Below, piece after piece: positions 1-9,286 of a stretch of 64,000 nt of DNA (position 1 is its first letter; every line of letters begins with the position of its first letter). A model generated the notes under the pieces. It ran no database searches and was not told the origin of the DNA. It saw only the letters and a program-made list of their open reading frames with translations. The position numbers were made by a program, and so were the translations under genes. The DNA comes from Bacillota bacterium (GTDB lineage Bacteria; Pseudomonadota; Gammaproteobacteria; Natronospirales; REEB76): positions 4,908-68,907 of the forward strand of contig JBLNDO010000023.1 of NCBI GenBank assembly GCA_050261675.1, in the 5' to 3' direction.

Positions 1-2
1 CT

Positions 3-725
3 GCCGACGCAATTATGCAGAAGAATTACATGGTTGATCGCGTCGCCGGCTCCACCGCGACCATCACACTCACGCTACTTAACCCCAAGGGCGAAGAGCG
101 TATCAGGGAAGCGGCTGTCACCTCGAAGCTGGAGTCGAACGGAATCGACAACCAGAGCTTGTCCCGATTCGTCGCCCCGGCGGACGTGAAAGGCACGAGC
201 ATCCTTCTCATCGAGCATTCTGATGCGGATGACGACATGTGGCTGTTTCTGCCGGCTCTCGGCAAGTCCCGTCGCCTAATCGCGTCCAACAAGCGCGACA
301 GCTTCATGGGAAGTGACTTCAGTTACGGTGACGTTATCGGCTATCCGGTAAAAGAGTGGCATAACAAACTGGTCGGTGAGACCACAATCTCAGGAGAGCC
401 GTGTTATCAAATCGAGTCGACACCAGCCTCCGACGAAGTGAGAGACACTAGCGGCTATTCAAAGCGTCTCACCTGCGTGAGCAAGACGCGGTTCGTCACG
501 CTGCACGCGGAAATTTGGGATATGGACGGGGAGAAACTCAAGGAGGAGGACCGCAGCGGGTTTATCAACGTAGATCCCGCCGACGGCAAGTGGGTGGCCA
601 CTCATCTATCAGCGCTAAATCTGGAGACCGGGCACAGGACGGTTGTGGAGATGCATGATTACAAGCTCAACGCTGGGATCCCGCAGAGCACTTTCACAGT
701 CCGTTCCCTCGAGTCCGAGCAATGA
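3..725 (+). CDS. LolA-like outer-membrane lipoprotein-sorting family protein, 5' end cut by the window edge
   Basis: The frame stays open to base 3 and the visible part has no signal peptide. Motifs DDDMWLFLPALGKSRRL and FMGSDFSYGD are typical of the LolA-like 'outer membrane lipoprotein-sorting protein' family. ATGA overlap with the next gene. GC is lower than in the rest of the window. Confidence 0.6.
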   Translation, partial: ADAIMQKNYMVDRVAGSTATITLTLLNPKGEERIREAAVTSKLESNGIDNQSLSRFVAPADVKGTSILLIEHSDADDDMWLFLPALGKSRRLIASNKRDSFMGSDFSYGDVIGYPVKEWHNKLVGETTISGEPCYQIESTPASDEVRDTSGYSKRLTCVSKTRFVTLHAEIWDMDGEKLKEEDRSGFINVDPADGKWVATHLSALNLETGHRTVVEMHDYKLNAGIPQSTFTVRSLESEQ

Positions 726-1945
726 AATCGTCCGCTGTAGTCCTGGCATGCATCGCGCTCCTTACACTGAATCCGGGGGTTTGCGCCGATCTTGACACGA
801 GTATCCGAGGTTCCTTCTGGTCAAAGGACCAAGACTTGAGCGGTAATCGCGGAGTCGAAACGCTTCAATTCTGGCTGAGAGCTTCTGATGGCGCCGCTAT
901 CGGGGATGCCTCCCTAAACTTCCACCTGCAAGGCTGGGCATCCGCAAAGGGAGGAGGGTCAGGGTCAAGCTCAGACAGAGCAATCCGCGAGGCCTACGGC
1001 CAACTCAGCGAGGGCGCCATCGAAGTGCGAGCTGGCTGGCAGATGTATCCCTGGGGTCGCGCGGACGGCCTCAATCCGACTGACAACATCACGCCGCACC
1101 GTTACACGCTTTTGGTTCGGGACTCGGACGACCAAAGGTTAGGAACTCCGTCTGTGCGTGCCACCTGGTACTCGGGAGCCTTATCATCAAGCCTAATATG
1201 GCTCGCCGGCTTTAGGCCAAGCACACTGCCAGGGCAGGGCACATCCGCAGATCTGTCTCCGACCGATTCGTCTCGGCAGTTCGCCGCCCGCGTCGAGATT
1301 ATTCGTGAGGATATCGAAGGCAGCCTGTCCTATTTCGATGGCTACGATGTGATGCCGTCCGAAGCTGAGTTCTCGTCAGGGGACGCTGAACCTCTTCTTC
1401 TTTCGCACGATCGGTTGCGCATTGTCGGCGCAGATTTCGCCAAACCTCTCGGCCGGTTTATCCTGCGAGGAGAGTCCGCGTACACCGCCGCACCGGATCC
1501 CCGACCGGAAAGCGTGTTCGCACTCCGGCCCCAGTGGTACTCCGTAATCAGCGGTGAGCGAATTTTTGGGGACTATCTAGACTTGGAAATCCAATTCTAC
1601 TACCGCAAGGTGCACGGATCGCCTCTTGCGCGGAATCTCTCGCCGACGGATCAACCCGTTGCGCAGGACCTGGCTGTAGTTGAAGGACAGTACGACCCTA
1701 TTGACCGCGGATTCACCGCACGGGTGGCGGACCAATGGCTGAATGAGACAGTCGAAGCGTCGGTGAGCTTGGTGTTTTCGACCGTACGCAAAGGCATCGA
1801 AGTCAAGCCGGTGCTGCAATATCGACTGGCGGACGACTGGACACTGACCGCCGGTGCCGCGATCGCCGGCGGTGACAACTTGTCTCAGTATGGGATTCTC
1901 AAGGCCAACAATGCCGTATATCTCGAGCTCCGCCGCGGATTCTGA
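722..1945 (+). CDS. Putative outer-membrane beta-barrel protein
   Basis: Signal peptide MKSSAVVLACIALLTLNPGVCA. Alternating beta-strand-like sequence. C-terminus ...YLELRRGF ends in Phe, as is typical for OMPs. Translationally coupled (ATGA) to the LolA-like gene. Confidence 0.5.
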   Translation: MKSSAVVLACIALLTLNPGVCADLDTSIRGSFWSKDQDLSGNRGVETLQFWLRASDGAAIGDASLNFHLQGWASAKGGGSGSSSDRAIREAYGQLSEGAIEVRAGWQMYPWGRADGLNPTDNITPHRYTLLVRDSDDQRLGTPSVRATWYSGALSSSLIWLAGFRPSTLPGQGTSADLSPTDSSRQFAARVEIIREDIEGSLSYFDGYDVMPSEAEFSSGDAEPLLLSHDRLRIVGADFAKPLGRFILRGESAYTAAPDPRPESVFALRPQWYSVISGERIFGDYLDLEIQFYYRKVHGSPLARNLSPTDQPVAQDLAVVEGQYDPIDRGFTARVADQWLNETVEASVSLVFSTVRKGIEVKPVLQYRLADDWTLTAGAAIAGGDNLSQYGILKANNAVYLELRRGF

Positions 1946-2878
1946 ACAAATCCCCGTGATTTGCGCCGCGCTAAGTGGCCCGTGGACCGTCATGCCGCTT
2001 GGGATCGATAGCCCGAATTTTATGGCCCATGACGGCTAGGCCCGGGTCCGGAGTCCGGAATGGACGTCATGGCGGACGCGGCGGGCATAGCTGGTGCTAA
2101 TACTTAGAGGGATTCGGGGGTTCACTATCGGATCAAATCAGCTCTAGGGAAATTTCGATTGGGATTCTCAGGACCCGAAGGACCCGTTGCTCGGGGACTT
2201 ACTCCAGACCCATGTGTCGTCTCGCACGGTTTTGATACCTACGGCGGGACAGACTAGACCTCAGGTGCTGGGCCTATATTTGTGACGCGAAGCGGACGGC
2301 GACACGGTTACGGCTCACGACATCGTTTTGGAGCAGGCGACGTCGTTTGGGCACGCGGACATAATGCCTGACCTGTGACAGCCGGGTTGGCTTTTGCCGC
2401 ACTGCATAATGCGCATAATGTATATTATGTTATATATTGGATATGCCTAGACCGAAGCACCGAAGCCAAGACCGCAATATATGGGACTCCCTATTCCGTT
2501 CCACATATCTTCTTTTGTTTCGAGAAATAGCCAGTAATACATTGACTGCAATACTATTTTTATCTATGTGTTCCAAAAAGCATGAGCAAGATTGAAGATG
2601 CAGGACACGGACACGCAGCTCTTTTATGCCCTGCTCCTGGATTGGCATAGGAGCGACGGGTCGGCGACAGGACGAAGATTGGGGAAGGAGGCGCGCAAGG
2701 TGGCGTATAGCCGAACCTAAGCGGGCCAGTGCCCATGCGGGCATCCTCATGATTCAACGGAATCACACGCACCCGGGATACGGTCGCCCAAACCCGGCGG
2801 ACGGATCCGCGCCCTGTCACCCACCGGGTTGTGCCTCTACAATGGGCTTCCGCACCCGCGCGGGGATACGGGCGCCCA

Positions 2879-3253
2879 ATGTCAGAAGAAAAACGTGCAT
2901 TCGACCGCATCGAGACGGAGCACTCCATCCGTATCATCGGTGACGACGGGAGCAGTTTTCCCGCCATCGCCGCCAACATCTCCTTGACGGGCCTGCAGAT
3001 CCTCTGCGACCGGCCTACCATGGAGCGCATCAGCGCCCACGGCCTGGAAACCAAGGCCATCCACGGCGTGCAGATCCGGATCCGGGTGACCGTGCCCGAT
3101 ATGCCGGATAACCAGGCCAAATTGGGGCTTTTCGGGCGGGTGGTGAACGTCCGTGCCAGCGGTGGGGATGAATTCCGCATCGGCGTGCAGTTCACGGACT
3201 TCGAGCCGGGGAGCTATAACGCCCTCGAGCATTACATCGACGCCCACATCTGA
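2879..3253 (+). CDS. Single-domain PilZ (c-di-GMP-binding) protein
   Basis: Both PilZ signature motifs are present: RxxxR (KRAFDRIE) and (D/N)xSxxG (ANISLTGL). Start placed at the internal ATG (MSEEKRAF) of ORF 2831..3253. Confidence 0.65.
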   Translation: MSEEKRAFDRIETEHSIRIIGDDGSSFPAIAANISLTGLQILCDRPTMERISAHGLETKAIHGVQIRIRVTVPDMPDNQAKLGLFGRVVNVRASGGDEFRIGVQFTDFEPGSYNALEHYIDAHI

Positions 3254-3310
3254 GGGGCCGGTATCCCGGCGCTTTAGCTAGGTAACTCAGGCACCCGAGG
3301 CGAAGTGGGC

Positions 3311-3339
3311 TGGACAGCGGCTTGGCTTGCCTCTATAAA
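3311..3339 (+). promoter_or_regulatory. Putative sigma70 promoter for the M49-like peptidase gene
   Basis: TGGACA (3311-3316), a 17-nt spacer, then TATAAA (3334-3339). An AGGGGG Shine-Dalgarno lies just before the ATG at 3384. Confidence 0.4.
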
Positions 3340-3383
3340 AGCAAGAATATGTTCAACGGCATGACAGGGATTTAGGGGGCAGC

Positions 3384-5120
3384 ATGGATTTCGAGAGATA
3401 TGGCCGGTTTTTCCCTTCCTTGGCGGTCCTGGCGCTCCTGGCCGCCTGCGGCAAGGCCCCGGAAGCTGCTCAGGCTCGGGTCCAGGCGCCAAGCCCTGCA
3501 CCGGCGGCCGTCACGAAGCATCCCGTGCAGTCCTACGCCCTCCAACACCTGGGGGACTATGCCACGGTGAAGCTCACGGCCGACTTCGGCGGCTACGACG
3601 CCACCCAGAAACAGATGCTGGTAAAACTCATCGAAGCCGCCGAGATCATGGATGCCCTCTTCTGGCAGCAGGCGTACGGCGACAAGCAGCGCTTGCTCGC
3701 GGACATCGGGGATGACGCCACGCGCCGTTTCGCCGAGCTCAATTACGGCCCCTGGGACCGGCTCAATGCCGACCAGCCGTTCGTGGCCGGCGTCGGCGCC
3801 AAACCTCCGGGTGCGAATTTCTATCCCGCGGACATGACCAAGGCGGAGTTCGAGCAGGCCAAGCTCCCGGGCAAGGACGCCCTCTATACCCTGTTACGGC
3901 GTGATTCCAAGGGCGCGCTCACGGTCATCCCTTACCACGAGGCCTACAAGGACGAGTTGGCCAAAGCCGCGGATCTGCTCAATCAGGCCTCATCGTTAGC
4001 CGCCGATCCCGGGCTAAAGAAATACCTGGCCCTGCGTGCCCAATCGCTGCTCACAGACCAGTACCGGGAGAGCGACCTCGCTTGGTTGGACATGAAGGAC
4101 AACACGGTGGATCTCATCATCGGTCCCATCGAAACCTATGAGGATGCGCTCTATGGCTACAAAGCCTCCTATGAATGTTTCGTATTGTTGAAGGATATGG
4201 AATGGTCGAAACGTCTGGCGCGCTTCACCGGCTTCCTGCCGCAGCTTCAGAAGGACCTGCCGGTACCGGTACGCTACAAGCGCGAGAAACCCGGCACGGC
4301 GTCCGACCTCGGCGCCTACAACGCCATCTACTACGCGGGCGATGCGAACGCCGGCGCCAAGACCATCGCTGACAATTTGCCCAACGACGAAGAGGTGCAA
4401 CTGCAGAAAGGCACGCGCCGCCTGCAGATGGAGAATGTAATCCATGCCAAATTCGACAAAATCATGCTGCCGGTGGCCCAGGAACTGATCGCCCCGGATC
4501 AGCTTCCGCACGTCACCTTCGACGCCTTCTTCCAGAACACCATGTTCCACGAGGTGGCCCACGGCCTCGGCATCAAGAACACCGTGAACGGCAAGGGCAC
4601 GGTGCGGCTCGCGCTGAAGGACTATGCCTCGAGCTTCGAGGAAGGCAAGGCGGACGTGCTGGGCCTCTATCTCGTGGAATGGCTCGCGGATCACGGAGAG
4701 CTGGACAAGAAGAAACTCATGGATAACTACGTGACCTTCCTCGCCAGCATCTTCCGCTCGGTGCGTTTCGGCGCCAGCGATGCGCACGGCAAGGCCAACA
4801 TGGTGCGCTTCAACTTCTTCAAGGACATGGGCGCGTTCAGCCGGGATCCCCAGACCGGCAAATACAGGGTGGATGCGGACAAGATGCAGGCGGCGGTGAA
4901 GGCGCTATCCGCCAGGCTCCTGGAGATCCAGGGGGACGGCGACTATGCCGCGGCCAAGAAACTCACCGATGGCCAGGGCGTCATCCAACCCGAGCTGCAG
5001 TCGGATCTCTCACGTCTGGCCAAGAACAACATCCCCGTGGACATCGTGTTCACGCAGGGCCTGGACGCGTTGGGGTTGAACGACGCCAGCGGGCCGCCCG
5101 CCTCCGCAAGCGGGCATTGA
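3384..5120 (+). CDS. Lipoprotein Zn-metallopeptidase of the DPP III (M49)-like family, HEXXH variant
   Basis: Lipobox LLAACG. Zinc motifs FHEVAHGLG (HEXXH) and EEGKAD, the latter matching the second M49 motif EEXK/RAE/D. Confidence 0.55.
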   Translation: MDFERYGRFFPSLAVLALLAACGKAPEAAQARVQAPSPAPAAVTKHPVQSYALQHLGDYATVKLTADFGGYDATQKQMLVKLIEAAEIMDALFWQQAYGDKQRLLADIGDDATRRFAELNYGPWDRLNADQPFVAGVGAKPPGANFYPADMTKAEFEQAKLPGKDALYTLLRRDSKGALTVIPYHEAYKDELAKAADLLNQASSLAADPGLKKYLALRAQSLLTDQYRESDLAWLDMKDNTVDLIIGPIETYEDALYGYKASYECFVLLKDMEWSKRLARFTGFLPQLQKDLPVPVRYKREKPGTASDLGAYNAIYYAGDANAGAKTIADNLPNDEEVQLQKGTRRLQMENVIHAKFDKIMLPVAQELIAPDQLPHVTFDAFFQNTMFHEVAHGLGIKNTVNGKGTVRLALKDYASSFEEGKADVLGLYLVEWLADHGELDKKKLMDNYVTFLASIFRSVRFGASDAHGKANMVRFNFFKDMGAFSRDPQTGKYRVDADKMQAAVKALSARLLEIQGDGDYAAAKKLTDGQGVIQPELQSDLSRLAKNNIPVDIVFTQGLDALGLNDASGPPASASGH

Positions 5121-5123
5121 GCG

Positions 5124-6308
5124 CTATTTCACCGGGGTGTCGATGACAATCGCGAGCACCTTGCCGCCCGCCTTCTTCCAGATACCCCGCCCTTCCAAGT
5201 CTCCCGGTTGCGGCGTGGGTGTGCCCTTCGCGGAGATGCGCGCCGTTACGACGAGGCTCGTGTAGTCGGCGAGGCTCTTCCCCTGGACCATCGCATCCTG
5301 GTCGGTGAGTTCCACATCCAAGGGCAGGTCGCCCGCCCGCAGGCGCTTCGCCGCGAGCGGCGGCCCTGCGGCTCCGCCCTCGGGCTCCGCGAACACGAAC
5401 AGCGTCTCATCCGCCCCCGTCTTGGCCTGCAGGGCGGGCGCAAGCGTCACATGCACGCGCACCAGCGCTGCCGTTGAAACGGGCGATGTCGCGGAGACGG
5501 CGACGGGCGCCCCACCCGCCTCGGCGACGTATTTGGAAATGACGCGGCGGTATTCCTCCGGGGGATTCTCTGCGAGGAGCGCCTGCCAGCGCCGGACCGC
5601 CGTCTGTTTGTCGCCGCGCTCGAAGGCTCCGAGGCCTCCGTACCAAAGCGCCTGGGCATTGCGTGGATCCAGTACCAGGACCTTTTCGAAAAGGGGAAGC
5701 GCCTTGCCCATGAAATCGTCCGGATTGGCGAGAGTTACGGCCTCGGCATAGCCGGCGAGCACGTCGGCGTTGCCATCGGCCGACAGCTTGCGTGCATGAT
5801 CATAGGCGTCCAGGGCTTCGGGATAGCGTTCCATGATCACATAGGCGTGGCCGAGCATTTCCCATCCCTGCAAATCGCCCTGGTCGGCGCCGTGCAGGCG
5901 CTGCGAGAGTTCCTCGACCATATGTTCCACTGCGGGAACGCTAGCCGCCTCGACGCCTTCCGCCCCCACCATCCAGTTGCCGTATTTCCAATAGAGCCCG
6001 GACGCGGACAGCAGCAGCATAAGCGCTGCCGCAACCGCCAGTGCGGGGCTGCGCTGTGGATGGTTTTTCATCGGCGGCATGGTCTTGCTCCATTCCGCCT
6101 CCATGTCACGCCGCGCGGCCCTGTAGTCAGCTTCCGCCAGCACGCCGCTCGCGAGGTCACGCTCCAGTTCGGCAAGCTGTTCGCGATGGCTGAATTCCGC
6201 CGCGCTATTCGAAGCCTGCGCCCGCGCACCGACGCCGCGCCACAGGGGTACAGCTACCGCGGCGGCGGCGGCGAACGTCATGAGAGCGGCGAGCGCGGCG
6301 AAGATCAT
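5124..6308 (-). CDS. ccmI: Cytochrome c maturation protein CcmI (CycH), TPR-containing
   Basis: N-terminal TM segment MIFAALAALMTFAAAAAVAVPLW, TPR-like region, last gene of the ccm operon. Start trimmed to the ATG at 6308, which forms an ATGA overlap with the ccmH stop. Confidence 0.8.
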   Translation of the reverse strand: MIFAALAALMTFAAAAAVAVPLWRGVGARAQASNSAAEFSHREQLAELERDLASGVLAEADYRAARRDMEAEWSKTMPPMKNHPQRSPALAVAAALMLLLSASGLYWKYGNWMVGAEGVEAASVPAVEHMVEELSQRLHGADQGDLQGWEMLGHAYVIMERYPEALDAYDHARKLSADGNADVLAGYAEAVTLANPDDFMGKALPLFEKVLVLDPRNAQALWYGGLGAFERGDKQTAVRRWQALLAENPPEEYRRVISKYVAEAGGAPVAVSATSPVSTAALVRVHVTLAPALQAKTGADETLFVFAEPEGGAAGPPLAAKRLRAGDLPLDVELTDQDAMVQGKSLADYTSLVVTARISAKGTPTPQPGDLEGRGIWKKAGGKVLAIVIDTPVK

Positions 6309-6733
6309 GGATCGGCGCCCGCCTCGCCGTGATCCATGCGCGCGCGGCGTTTCACCACGGTGACGACCACGGCCACACCACCGAGCAGCAACAGGAACGG
6401 GCCGCCCCAGAGCAGCCAAGTGCTGGCCTGCAAGGGCGGCTGATACAACACGAAATTGCCGTAGCGATCCACGAGATAAGCGCGGATTTCGGCATCGCTT
6501 TTCCCGGCCGCCACCATGTCGTGAACCTGGCGCCTCAGGTCCGCTGCAAGGTCGGCATCGGAATCGGCGATGGTTTCGTTCTGGCAGACGAGACAACGGA
6601 AAACATGGATCAGGGCCTCATAGCGGGCCTGCTCCGCGGCGTTCGGGAGCGGCGGTTCGCTGTCGATGGCATAGGCCGGCGCAAACCCGGCCATGAACAC
6701 CACCAACGGTAGCGCCTTCAGCCCGCGATTCAT
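6305..6733 (-). CDS. ccmH: Cytochrome c maturation protein CcmH (CcmL)
   Basis: Signal peptide plus the LRCLVCQNETIADS CXXC motif. Position in the ccm operon fits. Confidence 0.85.
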   Translation of the reverse strand: MNRGLKALPLVVFMAGFAPAYAIDSEPPLPNAAEQARYEALIHVFRCLVCQNETIADSDADLAADLRRQVHDMVAAGKSDAEIRAYLVDRYGNFVLYQPPLQASTWLLWGGPFLLLLGGVAVVVTVVKRRARMDHGEAGADP

Positions 6734-7308
6734 GGCTCGCCCTCCAGGGCGCGGAGGCGCGGCAAGAGATCATTCCGGATGATGTCTTGCGTCAGGGGGC
6801 CGATGTACTTCTGGCGTATCACGCCGTGCTTATCGAGCAGGAAAGTCTCGGGCGCCCCATACACCCCCCAGTTGATGGCCACATCGCCGTTGGCGTCGAA
6901 GGCAATCGCCGTATAGGGATTCCCCTGCTTCGTGAGCATGTCCTCCGCGGCAGCGCGCTCGTCCTTGTAGTCCAGGCCGTAAATGGGAATCACGTGTTCG
7001 CCGGCGAATTGCATCAATACCGGATGCTCATCGCGGCAGGCCACGCACCAGCTTCCCCAGAAGTTCACCAGCACCACCCTGCCCTTCCACTCCTCCTGGG
7101 TCATGGGCCCCCGGTTGCCGTCGTCTAGGCGCGGCAGGGAAAACACCGGATCCGCTTTGCCGATAAGCGGTGAAACCACGATGGTGGGGTTGAGAAACAG
7201 CCCGCGGGCGAATAGCGCGATCAGTGCAAGCAAGACCAGGCCCGGCAGGGCGAATTTGAGGTAACGCCACACTTCAGGCTTGCTCCCGGCCGGGCGCCTT
7301 GGCCACAT
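6730..7308 (-). CDS. ccmG: Thiol:disulfide interchange protein DsbE/CcmG
   Basis: Thioredoxin motif WGSWCVACRDEHP and an N-terminal membrane anchor. The start is ambiguous: ATG at 7344, ATG at 7308, or GTG at 7272 one nt after the ccmF stop. Confidence 0.85.
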   Translation of the reverse strand: MWPRRPAGSKPEVWRYLKFALPGLVLLALIALFARGLFLNPTIVVSPLIGKADPVFSLPRLDDGNRGPMTQEEWKGRVVLVNFWGSWCVACRDEHPVLMQFAGEHVIPIYGLDYKDERAAAEDMLTKQGNPYTAIAFDANGDVAINWGVYGAPETFLLDKHGVIRQKYIGPLTQDIIRNDLLPRLRALEGEP

Positions 7309-9268
7309 CGGCCTCGCCGGTGGCGGTGTCGAGCTCCGTCGCAACGGCTTTGCGGCGGTAGCGCCGGTCCGTGGCCGCCAGGATGCCTCCCAGCATCATC
7401 AGGATGCCTCCCAGCCAGATGAAGCGCACCAGGGGCTTGTATTCGATGCGCACGCTCCAGGTTCCCTGATCCAGGGAGTTTCCGAGGGCGAGATAGAGAT
7501 CGCGAAACAGACCGGGCTCAATGGCCGCCGTGGTGGTCACCGTGCCTAGGCTCGCGAAGTTGCGTTTTTCGGGCCGCATCACGGTGACCGGATTGCCATC
7601 CTTGCTTACCCGGAACGTCCCCTGCAAGGCCTCGTAGTTCGGGCCGGCTTCGGTGTGCACGCCGTCGAATTGAAACTGATACCCGGCCACCTGCTGGTGT
7701 TCGCCCGGTTTCATGATCAGGTCCTGGTCCACCCCCATCAGGCTGGTGACCGTCACCCCGAGCACGAGACAGGCAGCGCCGAAGTGCGCGCAGCTCATGC
7801 CGAGCACCGCGCGCGGCAGGCTTGCATGGCGTCCTGCATGGCGCTGCCGCAGGCGATTGATGGGCTCGATGAACGCAGTCAGGCCCACCCAGACGGCAAG
7901 CGTGACACCGGTCGCCAGCAGTATCGCGCCTTCGGCATGCACTACGACTAAGGCAACCACACCAGCGACGAGTGCCGCCACGGCGGCGAAGCGTAATACC
8001 CTGCCGGTTCCGGCGACGTCGCCGTGCTTCCAACGCACGTAGGGACCGATGCCCATCACCACGAAGAACGGCAGCATCACGGGGATGAATACCGCGTTGA
8101 AATACGGCGGTCCGACGGAAAGCTGGCCCAGGCCCAGCGCGTCCATCAGCAGCGGGTAGAGCGTGCCCAAGAGCACCGAGGCGGCGGCCACCACCAGAAA
8201 GATATTATTGAGCAGGAGCAGCGTCTCGCGCGAGAACGGCTGGAAGCCTCCGCCCCGGCTCAGGGACGGCGCGCGCCAGGCGTAGAGCGTGAGTGCCGCG
8301 CCGACGAACACACCGAGCATGGCCAGGATGAAGATACCGCGCTTCGGGTCGCTGGCGAAGGAATGCACCGAGATGAGCACGCCGGAGCGCACCAGGAAGG
8401 TGCCGAGCAGGCTCAAGGAGAAGGCGGCGATGGCGAGCAGGGCCGTCCAACTCTTGAAGGCGCCGCGTTTCTCCGTGACCGCAAGGGAATGGATCAGGGC
8501 CGTGCCCACCAGCCAGGGCATGAAGGAGGCATTCTCCACCGGGTCCCAGAACCACCAGCCGCCCCAGCCCAGCTCGTAATAGGACCACCAGCTGCCGAGG
8601 GTGATGCCGAAACTCAGGAATAGCCAAGCGGTGAGCGTCCAGGGCCGGGTCCAGCGCGCCCACACGGAATCCATGCGGCCGCTCAGGAGCGCCGCCACCG
8701 CGAATGCGAAGGCGACGGAGAAGCCCACGTAACCCGTATAGAGCATGGGTGGGTGGATGGCCATGGCCGGGTCCTGGAGGATCGGGTTCAGGTCCCTGCC
8801 CTGCTCCGCCGCCGGGAGAAGCCGCGTGAAAGGGTCGGATGTAGTGAGCATGAACAACAGGAATCCCAGGCTCACCAGGCCGAGCACCCCTAAGACGCGG
8901 CTGCTGAATTCCAGGGGTAGATGGCGGCTCAAGTGCGTCACCGCGAGCGTCCAGACGGCGAGCACCGCCACCCACAGCAATAGCGAACCTTCGTGTGCTC
9001 CCCACACGGCGGTGATGCGATAGGGCCAGGGCAGGAGCACATTGGAGTTCTCCGCCACGTACTGCACCGAAAAATCGCTCGTCAGGAAGGCATAGACCAG
9101 CGAGGCGAAGGCCAACAGCACGAACGCCGCCTGCGCCGCCGCCACCGGACGGCTGACGGTCATCCACAGGAGGTGGCCGCGCTGCGCGCCCACGAGCCCG
9201 AATCCCGCCTGGACGGCGGCAAGACACAGGGCGAGGATCAGGGCGAGATGGCCGAATTCAGGGATCAT
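7274..9268 (-). CDS. ccmF: Cytochrome c heme lyase subunit CcmF
   Basis: 664-aa polytopic membrane protein with the Trp-rich WGGWWFWDPVEN motif. Position in the ccm operon fits. Confidence 0.9.
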   Translation of the reverse strand: MIPEFGHLALILALCLAAVQAGFGLVGAQRGHLLWMTVSRPVAAAQAAFVLLAFASLVYAFLTSDFSVQYVAENSNVLLPWPYRITAVWGAHEGSLLLWVAVLAVWTLAVTHLSRHLPLEFSSRVLGVLGLVSLGFLLFMLTTSDPFTRLLPAAEQGRDLNPILQDPAMAIHPPMLYTGYVGFSVAFAFAVAALLSGRMDSVWARWTRPWTLTAWLFLSFGITLGSWWSYYELGWGGWWFWDPVENASFMPWLVGTALIHSLAVTEKRGAFKSWTALLAIAAFSLSLLGTFLVRSGVLISVHSFASDPKRGIFILAMLGVFVGAALTLYAWRAPSLSRGGGFQPFSRETLLLLNNIFLVVAAASVLLGTLYPLLMDALGLGQLSVGPPYFNAVFIPVMLPFFVVMGIGPYVRWKHGDVAGTGRVLRFAAVAALVAGVVALVVVHAEGAILLATGVTLAVWVGLTAFIEPINRLRQRHAGRHASLPRAVLGMSCAHFGAACLVLGVTVTSLMGVDQDLIMKPGEHQQVAGYQFQFDGVHTEAGPNYEALQGTFRVSKDGNPVTVMRPEKRNFASLGTVTTTAAIEPGLFRDLYLALGNSLDQGTWSVRIEYKPLVRFIWLGGILMMLGGILAATDRRYRRKAVATELDTATGEADVAKAPGREQA

Positions 9269-9286
9269 CGGCGGCCTGGCGCGAGG

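Noticed and set aside
2036-2062. A possible tRNA-derived att-site fragment (GAGTCCGG shared with the tRNA-Leu T-arm) near the island boundary.
   Set aside because: Only an 8-nt identity. No extended match to any of the three tRNA 3' ends in the window and no integrase gene, so it is compatible with chance.
2360-2429. The CATAATG repeats as a possible CRISPR or minisatellite.
   Set aside because: There are only 3-4 copies of a 7-8-nt motif with irregular spacing. There is no repeat-spacer periodicity and no cas genes. Kept only as a possible binding-site cluster.
2430-3195. ORFs 2430..2750(-), 2560..3195(-) and 2626..2943(+), and a 22-aa ORF at 2582..2650(+), in the AT-rich spacer.
   Set aside because: No SD, no recognisable motif, mutually overlapping, and partly antisense to the PilZ gene. 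They are treated as non-coding. The small ORF cannot be excluded but has no support.
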